This document shows, piece after piece, positions 1-12,249 of a stretch of 64,000 bases of DNA. The position numbers and the translations under genes were made by a program. Below the pieces are notes generated by a model. It saw only the letters and a program-made list of their open reading frames with translations, was not told the origin of the DNA and did no database searches. Origin of the DNA: an uncultured Nitrososphaerales archaeon (GTDB lineage: Archaea; Thermoproteota; Nitrososphaeria; Nitrososphaerales; Nitrososphaeraceae); the NCBI GenBank assembly GCA_963713605.1, contig CAVQMO010000001.1, forward strand, positions 64,001 to 128,000, written 5' to 3'. Positions within the stretch are counted from its first letter, which is position 1. Every line of letters begins with the position of its first letter.

Positions 1-57
1 CTTTCTTGCCGCCGGGATGAAAGAGAACGATTAGATTAGAGATCATGAAAGGCGATA

Positions 58-366
58 CTAGTAGCTTATCTTAAATTCCTGAAATTCCCCTGAGTATGTA
101 TCATAGCTCAGTTCAATCTTATCTACGTGTGCATTTGGGGGCCCCACCTTAAACCAACTAATTGCAACTTCAACAGAATTTTTGTCACCCTCGAGTATCG
201 CCGCTACACTACCATCCTCTACGTTGTGTACCCGACCTGTAACTCCATATTCATTGCAAATGCGTTGAGCATTCTGTCTGAAATATACTCCCTGTACCTT
301 ACCTTTAACAACGATATTTGCTCTGATCTTAATTTGGCTATTCTTGTTCCGGTTCAAGTCGTTCAT
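58..366 (-). CDS. acyP: Acylphosphatase
   Basis: Motifs VKGKVQGVYFR, G(R)VHNVEDGSV and GPPNAHV; about 100 aa. Confidence 0.93.
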   Translation of the reverse strand: MNDLNRNKNSQIKIRANIVVKGKVQGVYFRQNAQRICNEYGVTGRVHNVEDGSVAAILEGDKNSVEVAISWFKVGPPNAHVDKIELSYDTYSGEFQEFKISY

Positions 367-433
367 TGTACTGATGCATAATCATTGACAAGTACACCGG
401 TGCACATTTCATCCCAGTTGTTATGACACCACA

Positions 434-1784
434 TTAGATCAAGCTTCCACCCTCGTCGATAAACAATTGTTCATAGGACGTTCCTCTTCTAATTAGCTTG
501 TATTCGCCGTTCATGGTCTTCATGATAATGGAAGGTTTCGTTTGGCAATGGAAAGGCATATTGAAGACAACAGAATAAGCACCTACGTTGTAAAATGAAA
601 CATACCTACCAATTCTTGCACCAGTAAGATCTGATGACTTAGATTGAGGAAATACATCATATGTATCGCATAATCGACCTGCTAAATGAATGCCCTTACC
701 ATTAGTGTTACGGTCTTGTTCATTGGTATAGCCAAGCGTTAATACTGTTTCTTGTGGGTATTCTTGCTTTAGAAGAGCTGCGTCTAATAAAAGATGGTAC
801 CCTGTATCAACTATGACTATTTTTTGTTCATTATACTCCTTTGTGTTTACTATCTTTGATACCAGAATCGATGATTCTGCAACAAGATATCTCCCGCTTT
901 CAATCAAAAGATCCAATGGTCCATGTGATTCGACCAATCTGTTGAGCCTAGGTACGTAACTGTCTGCCATTTGCGAAGGAGTTGGCACGGACTCGTTATA
1001 ATATACTGGGGTACCTCCACCTATGTCTAACGTATTTACGGTAAATTTCGGAAACTCCTTTTTCATCTTTGTCATAAAGCTGTGCATCTTATCAATAGCG
1101 TGGATAAAACATGAGAAATCTGTGATTTGAGATCCGAGATGGAAATGAAATCCCTCAAAATGCAACAAATCATTATCCATAAGATGCTTGACCATTTTTG
1201 TAGCACTGTCAATGGTGCCGCCATTAAAAGGAACACCAAATTTCCCGTTTCTATATGAGGCACGTATCCCTGCTTTCACACCGACCTCTGGATTAACTCT
1301 GATCATTGTCAGAGGTTTGACAGCGAGCTTCTGCTGCTGCTTTGGCTAAATTAGTCATACCATTAAAAGAACTAACTACTACCTTTCTTATCCCCGATTG
1401 CAACACTACAGAGTATTCCTGAAATTCTTCGGTAATGCTAGTGTATACTATGTTTTCAGGGGGTGCCATGCATCTTCTCAGAAAGTGAAGTTCTCCTAAC
1501 GAAGTAATATCAAAAGTGATTCCATCCTTAATGAACGAGGTTAGAACAGCGGGAGTGAAATTTGCCTTTACTGAATATGCAAGCTTCACAGGTCCTTTGA
1601 ACTTAGAGTAGGCGTCTCGAAGATCATGCACCTTCTTATGCAGCGTACTTTCATCGATAATGTACAAAGGAGTGCCATATCGTACGGCGAGCTTCTCGAT
1701 TTCGACTGGTTCTGCAAAATGATTGAGGCGATGTGTTGATAGATTTAGTTTTTTTGTTAATTGAAGTTGCGAATTTTCCATCAA
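434..1784 (-). CDS. Group IV PLP-dependent basic amino-acid decarboxylase (ornithine/lysine/DAP decarboxylase family), split by a +1 frameshift at ~1325
   Basis: N-part 1293-1784 has YGTPLYI and YSVKAN (PLP Lys). C-part 434-1306 has HFHLGSQ, LDIGGG, ESGRYLV, LCDTYD and GAY. Removing one base at GCTCGCT joins them as ...AEAAVKPLTMIRVNP. Confidence 0.85.
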
Positions 1785-2125
1785 TTTTTTTTTGTTAGTT
1801 AACGGTAAATCATATAACTTAAAAACATTGCTCCATCCAGTCCAGGACGGATCGGGGGATTAACGTTCTACTATTACAAAATGTATCACCCAGACAATAG
1901 GAATGCATTTTCTTCAACCCCCTCTGATTATGATAGGCTGTACATAGACCGCTCTTGGTGTTCCTTCATGTAAGCCAGAAGGAAAATTGATACAAGTTGC
2001 ATTACCGTGCCGACCATCGACGTACCGTTTCCTAACATAATGTAATAAGTGAAATTAATGGTACCCTACGCCCGTTTGAATTCAATAGGCTGATTTTGAT
2101 ATATTTACCATAGTGAGTATCGGTA

Positions 2126-4299
<2,174 letters not shown>

Positions 4300-4452
4300 G
4301 ATGATACCTAGAACTTTACTCATCTTTATACCTTATTAGCTTTCGCTTTCGTTTTTGCTCTTCAAATAATATGTGTAAGTAGCCTCTAAGATACCTAGTG
4401 TTAGCATAAACTTAAAATCACCTATTTAGAATCCTTGATTTGATTATCCAAG

Positions 4453-5185
4453 TTGGGGAAGAGAACCTTAGTCCGAAGAAGAGGAAGAGGAGGAAAACAA
4501 TTTAGAGCGATTATAGTAGGCAAGCTGAGCACCTGCAAAGTATCCCTATTATAGTTTGGATGAAAATCATTCTGGAGTAATTGTTGATCTGGTTCGTGAG
4601 AGGGGAAGGGATGCCCCATTAGCCAAAGTGCGTTTTGAGAATGGTATTAATTCCTATATTCCTGCTTCTGATGGATCGAAAGTCGGAGATAATATTGAAA
4701 TGGGACGAGGCGCTAGTGCAACGGCGAGAAACATACTTCCACTAGAATCAATCCCAGATGGAACCACAATATGCAATATTGAAAAGAATGTTGGCGATGG
4801 AGGAAAGTTGATCAAATCTGCTGGTTCTTCAGCCATAGTGTTTTCTCATGGCATGGAAGGCGTTACTATCAAATTTCCCTCAGGCAAGTTTTCTATGCTA
4901 AACCGTAGATGCAGAGCCATGATAGGAGCAATCTCAGGGGGAGGAAGGAGAGAGAAACCATTTTTGAAAGCAGGCAACAAAGAAAGGTTTATGCATTCAC
5001 GTGGAAAGCTTTATCCTAAGGTTAGGGGAATAGCTCAAGCAGCTGTGTATCACCCACATGGAGGTGGCAGACATCAGCACATTGGACGTCAATCTTCAGT
5101 AGGTAGAACAACCCCTCCTGGGAGAAAGGTTGGAAACATTTCTCCAAGGAAGACTGGGAGAGGAAGGGTCAAGGAGCGCAGGTAA
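4453..5185 (+). CDS. rpl2: 50S ribosomal protein uL2, frameshift at ~4527
   Basis: TTG start gives MGKRTLVRRRGRGGKQFRA. The downstream frame carries YPKVRGIAQAAVYHPHGGGRHQH and PPGRKVG. Confidence 0.95.
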
Positions 5186-5198
5186 TTTTATTTTTTAT
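5186..5198 (+). terminator. Oligo-T archaeal terminator after rpl2
   Basis: ttttattttttt directly follows the TAA stop. Confidence 0.5.
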
Positions 5199-5401
5199 AT
5201 AGGCGGAACAATTTCTGCTCTCTGATGTATACAGAAGTATAATCAAGAACTTGCTTGCTTCGAAAACCCCTTTATTGGTAAGAGCGGCTGAGACATCTCG
5301 CTTATTGAGCGTCTAAAGTAGAGTGCTGATCTGTCCTTCGTCTTGATCTGTTAGCAAACGAATGGCCATGCCGACTAAATTCATATTCTAGCCAGACTAT
5401 A

Positions 5402-5977
5402 ATGAAACTTGTCATGACGAGATACAGGATGTTACTCATTATCTTTGCATCATTCATTATCATTGGAGGAACTGTTATAGGCTGTCACCCACCCTCTGAA
5501 GAAATCAAAGCTCAACATCACAGTGCACCACCTCCAGCAGCAGCGATTGGAGACAGAAAGTTGGTATTAGATATGCAAACAGTACCGGTAAATATTATTC
5601 AAGGTGACGATTTACTAATGACGATTGGATTCCTAGATGAAGGAAAAAATGCAAATATTCAACATGTGACATTTAGAATGGATATTTCTAAGGATGGAAA
5701 ACACATATTCTCTGACTTCTTTCACGATCATAACGGTGAAGTCAGATTGATGTTCAAAGATAAAGGAGGAAGTTTATCAAGTCACACTATCGGGGGAAAC
5801 CAAGACGTGCTTACAAACGCATGGATAGCTGATCCAGGGTCCCCTATAACGATTAGGGGCCCTGTATTCAATCAAAGTGGTACATATAATGTAGATTTGG
5901 AGTTAACTACGATAGACAATGACAAGACAGACTTAGTAGAGCCATTAGACTACCCCTTCGATGTTAATGTTTCATAG
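5402..5977 (+). CDS. Exported or membrane-anchored hypothetical protein (beta-sandwich-like, His motifs)
   Basis: Basic N-terminus, hydrophobic helix ending VIGC, then QHH, IQHVTF and FFHDHNG motifs; 191 aa. Confidence 0.7.
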   Translation: MKLVMTRYRMLLIIFASFIIIGGTVIGCHPPSEEIKAQHHSAPPPAAAIGDRKLVLDMQTVPVNIIQGDDLLMTIGFLDEGKNANIQHVTFRMDISKDGKHIFSDFFHDHNGEVRLMFKDKGGSLSSHTIGGNQDVLTNAWIADPGSPITIRGPVFNQSGTYNVDLELTTIDNDKTDLVEPLDYPFDVNVS

Positions 5978-6238
5978 AGGTGAGAACTTTTTGAGTCACA
6001 ATTTTTTCAATAATCAAACGATGAATCGTTGGAATGAGATTCTTTCCATGGTCCAACACGTAACCCACACCAAATTTCTTGCATTTCCACCATGGGTATA
6101 TACAGATATTGCCAGCTATTTTTTCACTATGTTTAGAGCCGCAAATCTTTTTTTCGCACTCCCTCTTAGTCACCGTTCCGAACGTTGCCAGCCTATGTTG
6201 ATTGAATCTCAAATCTCAACCTTAATATCTGAGAAAAT

Positions 6239-6664
6239 TTGAATATTATATTGGATCTTTCCTTTTTACCTATTGAATTAAGATCTTCGATCATAAGGAA
6301 TATCAAAACAGCGTTAAGATCTCAAAACAATCTAGTTGGCATTCCTGAAACCAAGTCAAATTCAATGACTTTAGACAGCTATGAAAATAGAGTAGTTGGT
6401 TTCACAGACGAAACTGATCGGCTTTATACTGTTCAGTGGGTCAATGGTTCATTAAAGGATTTCAAACTTTTTGTAGAAAATATACTACGAAGCAATCATG
6501 ATGGGTACATAATGGCAGAAGATACCGACGCGATTAATACCTTAACAATACTAAAACAAGGCGATGTCGAACAGTTTGGAATGCACATGTGTAGTCATTG
6601 TGGGACATTCTTTAAAAGTATAGAGGAAAGAACAGTACATGAAAGGATCCATTATTTCATGTAG
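6239..6664 (+). CDS. Hypothetical protein with a C-terminal C2H2 zinc finger
   Basis: CSHCGTFFKSIEERTVHERIH fits C-x2-C-x3-F-x8-H-x3-H. Confidence 0.75.
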   Translation: MNIILDLSFLPIELRSSIIRNIKTALRSQNNLVGIPETKSNSMTLDSYENRVVGFTDETDRLYTVQWVNGSLKDFKLFVENILRSNHDGYIMAEDTDAINTLTILKQGDVEQFGMHMCSHCGTFFKSIEERTVHERIHYFM

Positions 6665-7021
6665 CATAGATTAATATCCTGACCAAACCTCATCCACTTA
6701 ATGCACAGTACGCAGCTTACACCTCATTCGAACATCAGGATCCACGTTGCAAGAGCAACAGGGGTCTCTCCTTTACCAAAGCTAAGGAACTACACAAAGC
6801 TTCAATGCTCAGCTAGTAGATGCAAAAATTTGGTTACTACATTCAGTTCATTCAAAAAAAAGCCAGACCATGTAAAAAAAGTTATTAGAGATCGGGGTTA
6901 AAGCCACTTTGCATGGAACATCGATCTTTTAATTCTCAAAGTTACTGTTAGAAGAAAGTTGACACCATTGTCTTATTTCAAAAACTATAAAGTATTTACA
7001 ATTCTTGTGTACGTTAGAACA

Positions 7022-7198
7022 TTGCATACTAGTATAATTAGGAATATTGGTATTGGTAACGCATCCGAAAAGACTATTTCTAGCATCAAAAAAAATATTG
7101 AGAAGGCCAGATCCCATCTTAATTATCATGTCACTGAAGAAGGAAAAGTAATTAGTCTTGATAAAAAATGTGAGTATTGCCAGGTTTATATGCAGTGA
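7022..7198 (+). CDS. Possible small metal-binding protein
   Basis: TTG start inside ORF 6959-7198; C-terminal HLNYH...CEYC motif. Confidence 0.35.
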   Translation: MHTSIIRNIGIGNASEKTISSIKKNIEKARSHLNYHVTEEGKVISLDKKCEYCQVYMQ

Positions 7199-7818
7199 TC
7201 GAATTCGCTAATTCGATCGACCCATCATTGATATATACCTTTAATGTTTAATATTGCGCTTTTACTCGTTATGTTTTCTCGACAACATATTCCAAGCTTA
7301 AGGAGAAAGCACGTGTGTTACTAGGAAGTGATGTTTTGGTTGCGCTGCAAAATGGAGGGGGCCCTCAGGATAGGTCCCACTAGTTTTCCGATATAGAGTG
7401 ATATTCAATTCATTTCAATGATATATGGAAGTCATTAATGGTTGTAAATGCATTGGACGATTCATTATCGTGATCTATGCTTTTTGAATGAATCAAAAAT
7501 GTGGGTCACTGTTATCAACTCAAATGAGCAAAAAGATTTAGAGCAAACACTTGTGATCCTCTGGTACAGTATACCTACACGGTTGTTCTCATCAATACCT
7601 CTGATTGAAGTGTGATCCTTGCTTTGTACCCTGTTATGAAAAATTACATATAATAGCAAATGATCAAAAAGGATTTGTAGTTGACATAAAATCAGATGTG
7701 GGAGCTATAGGATTGACAGCAACTCCAATCGACAATCTTCTCATACTTTTAGGAAAATTAAGAGGCAAGAAAAAAGAAATAGGGGACGATTTGTTACATT
7801 TCTCAATATATTAATAGG

Positions 7819-8478
7819 CTAGTAAATTGAGCTTTCAGTCCTTGATTCCTGACCCTGAGTCGGGAGGTCGGGAAATTTGTCCCTGGTATTTTCTTCAACA
7901 ACAGCAGTAGCCTCTTCAATAATTTTTACAGCTTCATCATCTAGGCTAAGTGTGCCACTAGCTATTTCAGGAGAAGGTATCTGACCTGTGCCAGACATTA
8001 TATTGCCTAATAGATCAGAAATTTGACCGAAAGATTGATCTGCATGAGGCATCATCGAGGAAAGTCCACCTTGGATCCCCTTTATGACAGACATCGCTGG
8101 ACTAAGTGTGATCACGACATCGCCTAGTTCAGTCATGGTGTTAAGCCGTAATTGTATCTGTTCTAATGCCAACTTAGCTGAATTGACCATCTTGTTCATC
8201 CTTCTGATCTGAGATAGCTCATTTGATAATAGTTTTGCATAGCGGCTATCATGATTCTGCATTGCAGTTACTATCCTACCGAAAATGAGTTTATCTTTTT
8301 CCTGCATTTTGCTAGATATCGTTTCTAACTTTGTAACCTGCATCTGCAATTTGCTTCTAGCTTCCTCTATACGCGGCTTCAGTGGAACTTGTGGTTTTAC
8401 ACCTTCAAGTATTTTGTTTCTAACGGATTCACCCACGCTATCTCCCTGCTGTTTATTCCATTTATTGCGAAACGACAT
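7819..8478 (-). CDS. cdvB: ESCRT-III/Snf7-family cell division protein (CdvB paralog)
   Basis: Snf7 helical core (LEQIQLRLNTMTELGDVVITLSPAMSVIKG) and a C-terminal FPDLP motif. Confidence 0.9.
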   Translation of the reverse strand: MSFRNKWNKQQGDSVGESVRNKILEGVKPQVPLKPRIEEARSKLQMQVTKLETISSKMQEKDKLIFGRIVTAMQNHDSRYAKLLSNELSQIRRMNKMVNSAKLALEQIQLRLNTMTELGDVVITLSPAMSVIKGIQGGLSSMMPHADQSFGQISDLLGNIMSGTGQIPSPEIASGTLSLDDEAVKIIEEATAVVEENTRDKFPDLPTQGQESRTESSIY

Positions 8479-9023
8479 GATAGGTACTGCTACAGTTTTG
8501 ATTTTGATTATTCTTAATACATATTAAAAAAAATTGTTAATGAGCTTTAACTAATTAATCTTGATCCCTGCTATTCCAGAGGTCCAATCGGCCAAAAAAA
8601 CCGACCCCCATTACTAAATAGCAACGATATCCCATAGTAAAGGTCAACCAATGGCTACATTGAATAGTCCACATGAAATAGACTTAGGTAGAGGAAGATT
8701 GCATGTGAAAAGATAAATAAACCGACATTTAAAGAGCAGTTGAGATGGGTATGTTGAGAAGACGAATTTTCGCTAAAAAGCACACTCAAGCTCGCTATCC
8801 GACTATAATTCAGTATACGGCTAATGATAACACCCGATTTGTGAATGGCTCAGTTGGTTATACTACTAGATTAGTTAGAGCTCGATATTTAGTTAGCCAT
8901 TCAATTCAATGACCAAGAACATGAAAGACAACTACGGCATTTGGTGTTTTGTCAGGTTTAGGAAGAGAAGTATTTACATATCCAAGTTTTTACTTCCCGA
9001 CTAAGGAAGGCGAACTTTACAAA

Positions 9024-9224
9024 ATGCCCGAACATAGGAAACCTCGGATGTCCTCATTCACAAGACTAGGAATAGCCTTACTTGTTGTTGGAGCAATCAT
9101 AGTAGGCATAGGAACCTATTATGATCGTGGTGCCATTTCACTGTATGGCCTATTCTTTGTAATCGCTGGTTTCTTTTTGTATTTCGCTTCATCTATTATT
9201 ACCTATAAGAAGACTAGGAAATGA
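9024..9224 (+). CDS. Small two-TM membrane protein
   Basis: Two hydrophobic helices (LGIALLVVGAIIVGIG; LYGLFFVIAGFFLYFA) with basic termini. Confidence 0.65.
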   Translation: MPEHRKPRMSSFTRLGIALLVVGAIIVGIGTYYDRGAISLYGLFFVIAGFFLYFASSIITYKKTRK

Positions 9225-9234
9225 AAAACAAGTA

Positions 9235-12200
9235 TCAGACTAGATACACAGCCGGCTTGAATGGTCGAGAGGATTTAGCTTTGGATTGTGGATCTTTTTT
9301 CTTTGCTTTCTCGTCATCTTCACCAGACACTGAAATTTCTATCTTCGAGTCACCCAATTCAGATGAAATCAGCGAGGCAGCGTCTTCAATTGCTCCGAGC
9401 TCGTCCAGATTTTTGATACTTAACCTAAGTGAGCGCCGCTCCACTGGAGTTGAAAGAACATCCTCCATAATTTTCTTTATCAACTTTACATCTGACCGAG
9501 CGTGAGAAATTTCTGAATCTTCGCCTAGTGCTCTCATGACATCACTCAGGCTCGAATTACGGTTGGCGATTATTAGTTCTAGTATTCTTTGATATACCTT
9601 CCACTTCCACTTTGCCGCAGTGTATATATTGACATTAGTAGGTTTCATTTTAGTAACCTTCAAAATATTTTGTATGTCTTGTATCAGATTCTTGATCAAG
9701 TCTTCCGATTCTTCAGCAGTGGGATCAATGTATTCCTCCATTGCTCTCGGCCAATCCAAATCCTCTTTTATTCTAGTAGCCTCGTCAGTGATGCTATTCC
9801 AAACTTCGCCAGCCAAAAAAGGAGCAAACGGTGCAATCATTTTGATTCTAGTCTCTAGAAACGTTGATAGTATTATATTTACTGATAACTCGGGTCTTCC
9901 CTTAGATTTGATTCGCTTGTTATACCACTGTAAATCTTGCTCCATCGAGTACAATATTGTGTGCAATACCTCTCTCACTCGTAGCCGATCCATCAATTCC
10001 GTAGTGTCTCTTATCCTTCTCTGTATCATATTCAAAATCCACTTGTCTTCAGACTCAGTAGTCCTTTGACTATGATATAGCTGTTTTAGCGACTTTTGGC
10101 TATTGTTAGAGCTGGAAAGGTGTATCCCCATTTGATAAATATCATCCAACCGAGATCTAATCCCCCGCAGAGCCTCGAATGAAAAATCTGCGTCTTGAAG
10201 AAGTTCAGCTGAACTCAACAAAGCAACCCGAATTGTGTCCGCACTATGATCTCTTATGGCTTGTCGTAGGGGAATAATATTTCCGAATGATTTAGACATT
10301 TTCTTACCGTCCATAAGCACCGAACCATTTACTACAATTTGCCTAGGCCAATTGGCTCTATCAAATATAGCTACGTGATTAAAGACAAAGAAGGTGAGAT
10401 GATTAGGGACCAAATCCCTTCCAGAATGCCGTGTGTCAACGGGATAAAAGTACTTAAATTCTGCTCTCATATTTAATATAAGTTCCTCAGATAGTTTAGT
10501 CTCTGCGGAAATTTTTTTCGGAGAGCCTTCTCCTAAAAATACATAGTCAAAAAGGGACTCAGTTAGATTTTGTGCAGTAATGTTGTTATCATCATCAAAA
10601 TGAATATACCTTGAAAGAATGTAGTATGCAGTGTATATGACCGAATCGGATAGGCTTTCGATAATCCAGTCTTGATCCCAAGGCAATCGTGTCCCAAGAC
10701 CAGACTTCCTCGCACAGGCTCTCTCCTTCAACCAGTCTACTACATAATTGAATTCAGATCTTATTTCATCTGGAACGATATCCATTCTATTTATGCATTC
10801 GTGGGCTAAGTCTTTCCATTGAGCATCACTATAATTGAGAAACCATTGATCGCTTAATACCTTTACAACACATTCCTCCCCACACCTACATTTAACTGGT
10901 TTTTTGATAAATTCATAAAGGATTTCTCCAATTCCGTTCTGCAGTAATTCAGATCTTATAAGATCTTTTGCCTCCGAGACTGTCATACCAGCATACTTCC
11001 CAGCATTTCCTTTTAGCCTCCCCTTGTAGAATTCATGCGAGTATAAATCCGCAGTAGCTTTTTCCAAAAGAGGATCATGCTGATCCTTCACACCTAGCCT
11101 TTCAATTATGATCTGAGAGGGAACCAAGTTGTCACCTTCATAGCCTTCAGATTCGATAATTGTTATTGGCTTGACTATCTCGTGGTTATGCATTTCTTTA
11201 GATGAATTACCATTTGTGAAATCTAGCAAGGCTTGGTAGTCGTATGGAGCGTGTGCTGGGACAGACATGACCAATCCACTGCCATCTTTAGGATCCACGA
11301 AGGACGCAGGATATACAGGAAGGCTGTTCTGCGTTATAGGATTACTCACATACTGCCCTATTAGTTTCATCCCATCTATTTCGTGGCTAATGTCCACATT
11401 ATGACCTTGATGCTTTAATTTCATTGCTGCATCACGACTGATAATCCACATTGGTTCGTTACCTTCCCCTACACGCGCGACTACATACCTTACATGAGGG
11501 TTAACCCATAGATTGGTAACACCATAAACCGTTTCAGGCCTTAGTGTAGCCACTGGTAGAACATATGTGTCACCTAAACGGAACTTGATTAGCATATATT
11601 CAATGAAATTGGGTTCTATGTCTCCTAATGTATCATGCTGGCTAACGGGATTCTGGTCTCTAGGACACCATCCTACTGGATGAGACCCTTGGATTATGAG
11701 GCCCTTTTTCTTGAGAAGGTTAAATTGCCATGATATGAATATAGAAAACGCTTCATCGATAGTAGTGAATTCCCTTCTCCAATCTATCGAGAATCCCATT
11801 TCCTTCATCCCTTCTTTTATTTCCTGGTGGAAAAATCTTGCTATATTAACTGGTTCATTGAATGATTTTATTACCTCAGAGGGAACACCATACACATTGC
11901 GAAAAGTATTATATAAATCCGTATCCCCTGATACCAATCTACGAGACATTGCTAGTATGGGGGTGCCTGTATAGTGAAAGCCCATTGGAAATAAAACATT
12001 GTATCCTCTCATCCTCTTGTAACGAGCGTGAACGTCAGCAAGTGTGTATGTTCTCCCATGACCTATATGCTGTGGGGAATTTGGATATGGATATGCAACT
12101 GTTACTAAATATTTTTGCTTTGTAGAATCAGGATTCGATTCGAATGGCCTCTGTTCATCCCAAATCTGCCTCCACTTTTTCTCCGTTAAATTCCAGTCTG

Positions 12201-12243
12201 GACTAGGAGCATGCTTTTGTGGACGTAAGTACGAATCAGACAT
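9235..12243 (-). CDS. leuS: Leucine--tRNA ligase (archaeal type)
   Basis: AYPYPNSPQHIGH, KMSKS, ATLRPET, VMSVPAHAPYDY; 1002 aa. Confidence 0.97.
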   Translation of the reverse strand: MSDSYLRPQKHAPSPDWNLTEKKWRQIWDEQRPFESNPDSTKQKYLVTVAYPYPNSPQHIGHGRTYTLADVHARYKRMRGYNVLFPMGFHYTGTPILAMSRRLVSGDTDLYNTFRNVYGVPSEVIKSFNEPVNIARFFHQEIKEGMKEMGFSIDWRREFTTIDEAFSIFISWQFNLLKKKGLIIQGSHPVGWCPRDQNPVSQHDTLGDIEPNFIEYMLIKFRLGDTYVLPVATLRPETVYGVTNLWVNPHVRYVVARVGEGNEPMWIISRDAAMKLKHQGHNVDISHEIDGMKLIGQYVSNPITQNSLPVYPASFVDPKDGSGLVMSVPAHAPYDYQALLDFTNGNSSKEMHNHEIVKPITIIESEGYEGDNLVPSQIIIERLGVKDQHDPLLEKATADLYSHEFYKGRLKGNAGKYAGMTVSEAKDLIRSELLQNGIGEILYEFIKKPVKCRCGEECVVKVLSDQWFLNYSDAQWKDLAHECINRMDIVPDEIRSEFNYVVDWLKERACARKSGLGTRLPWDQDWIIESLSDSVIYTAYYILSRYIHFDDDNNITAQNLTESLFDYVFLGEGSPKKISAETKLSEELILNMRAEFKYFYPVDTRHSGRDLVPNHLTFFVFNHVAIFDRANWPRQIVVNGSVLMDGKKMSKSFGNIIPLRQAIRDHSADTIRVALLSSAELLQDADFSFEALRGIRSRLDDIYQMGIHLSSSNNSQKSLKQLYHSQRTTESEDKWILNMIQRRIRDTTELMDRLRVREVLHTILYSMEQDLQWYNKRIKSKGRPELSVNIILSTFLETRIKMIAPFAPFLAGEVWNSITDEATRIKEDLDWPRAMEEYIDPTAEESEDLIKNLIQDIQNILKVTKMKPTNVNIYTAAKWKWKVYQRILELIIANRNSSLSDVMRALGEDSEISHARSDVKLIKKIMEDVLSTPVERRSLRLSIKNLDELGAIEDAASLISSELGDSKIEISVSGEDDEKAKKKDPQSKAKSSRPFKPAVYLV

Positions 12244-12249
12244 AGCATT

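Noticed and set aside
7465..7814. Short ORFs downstream of cdvB
   Set aside because: Fragmentary; at most an unidentifiable remnant.
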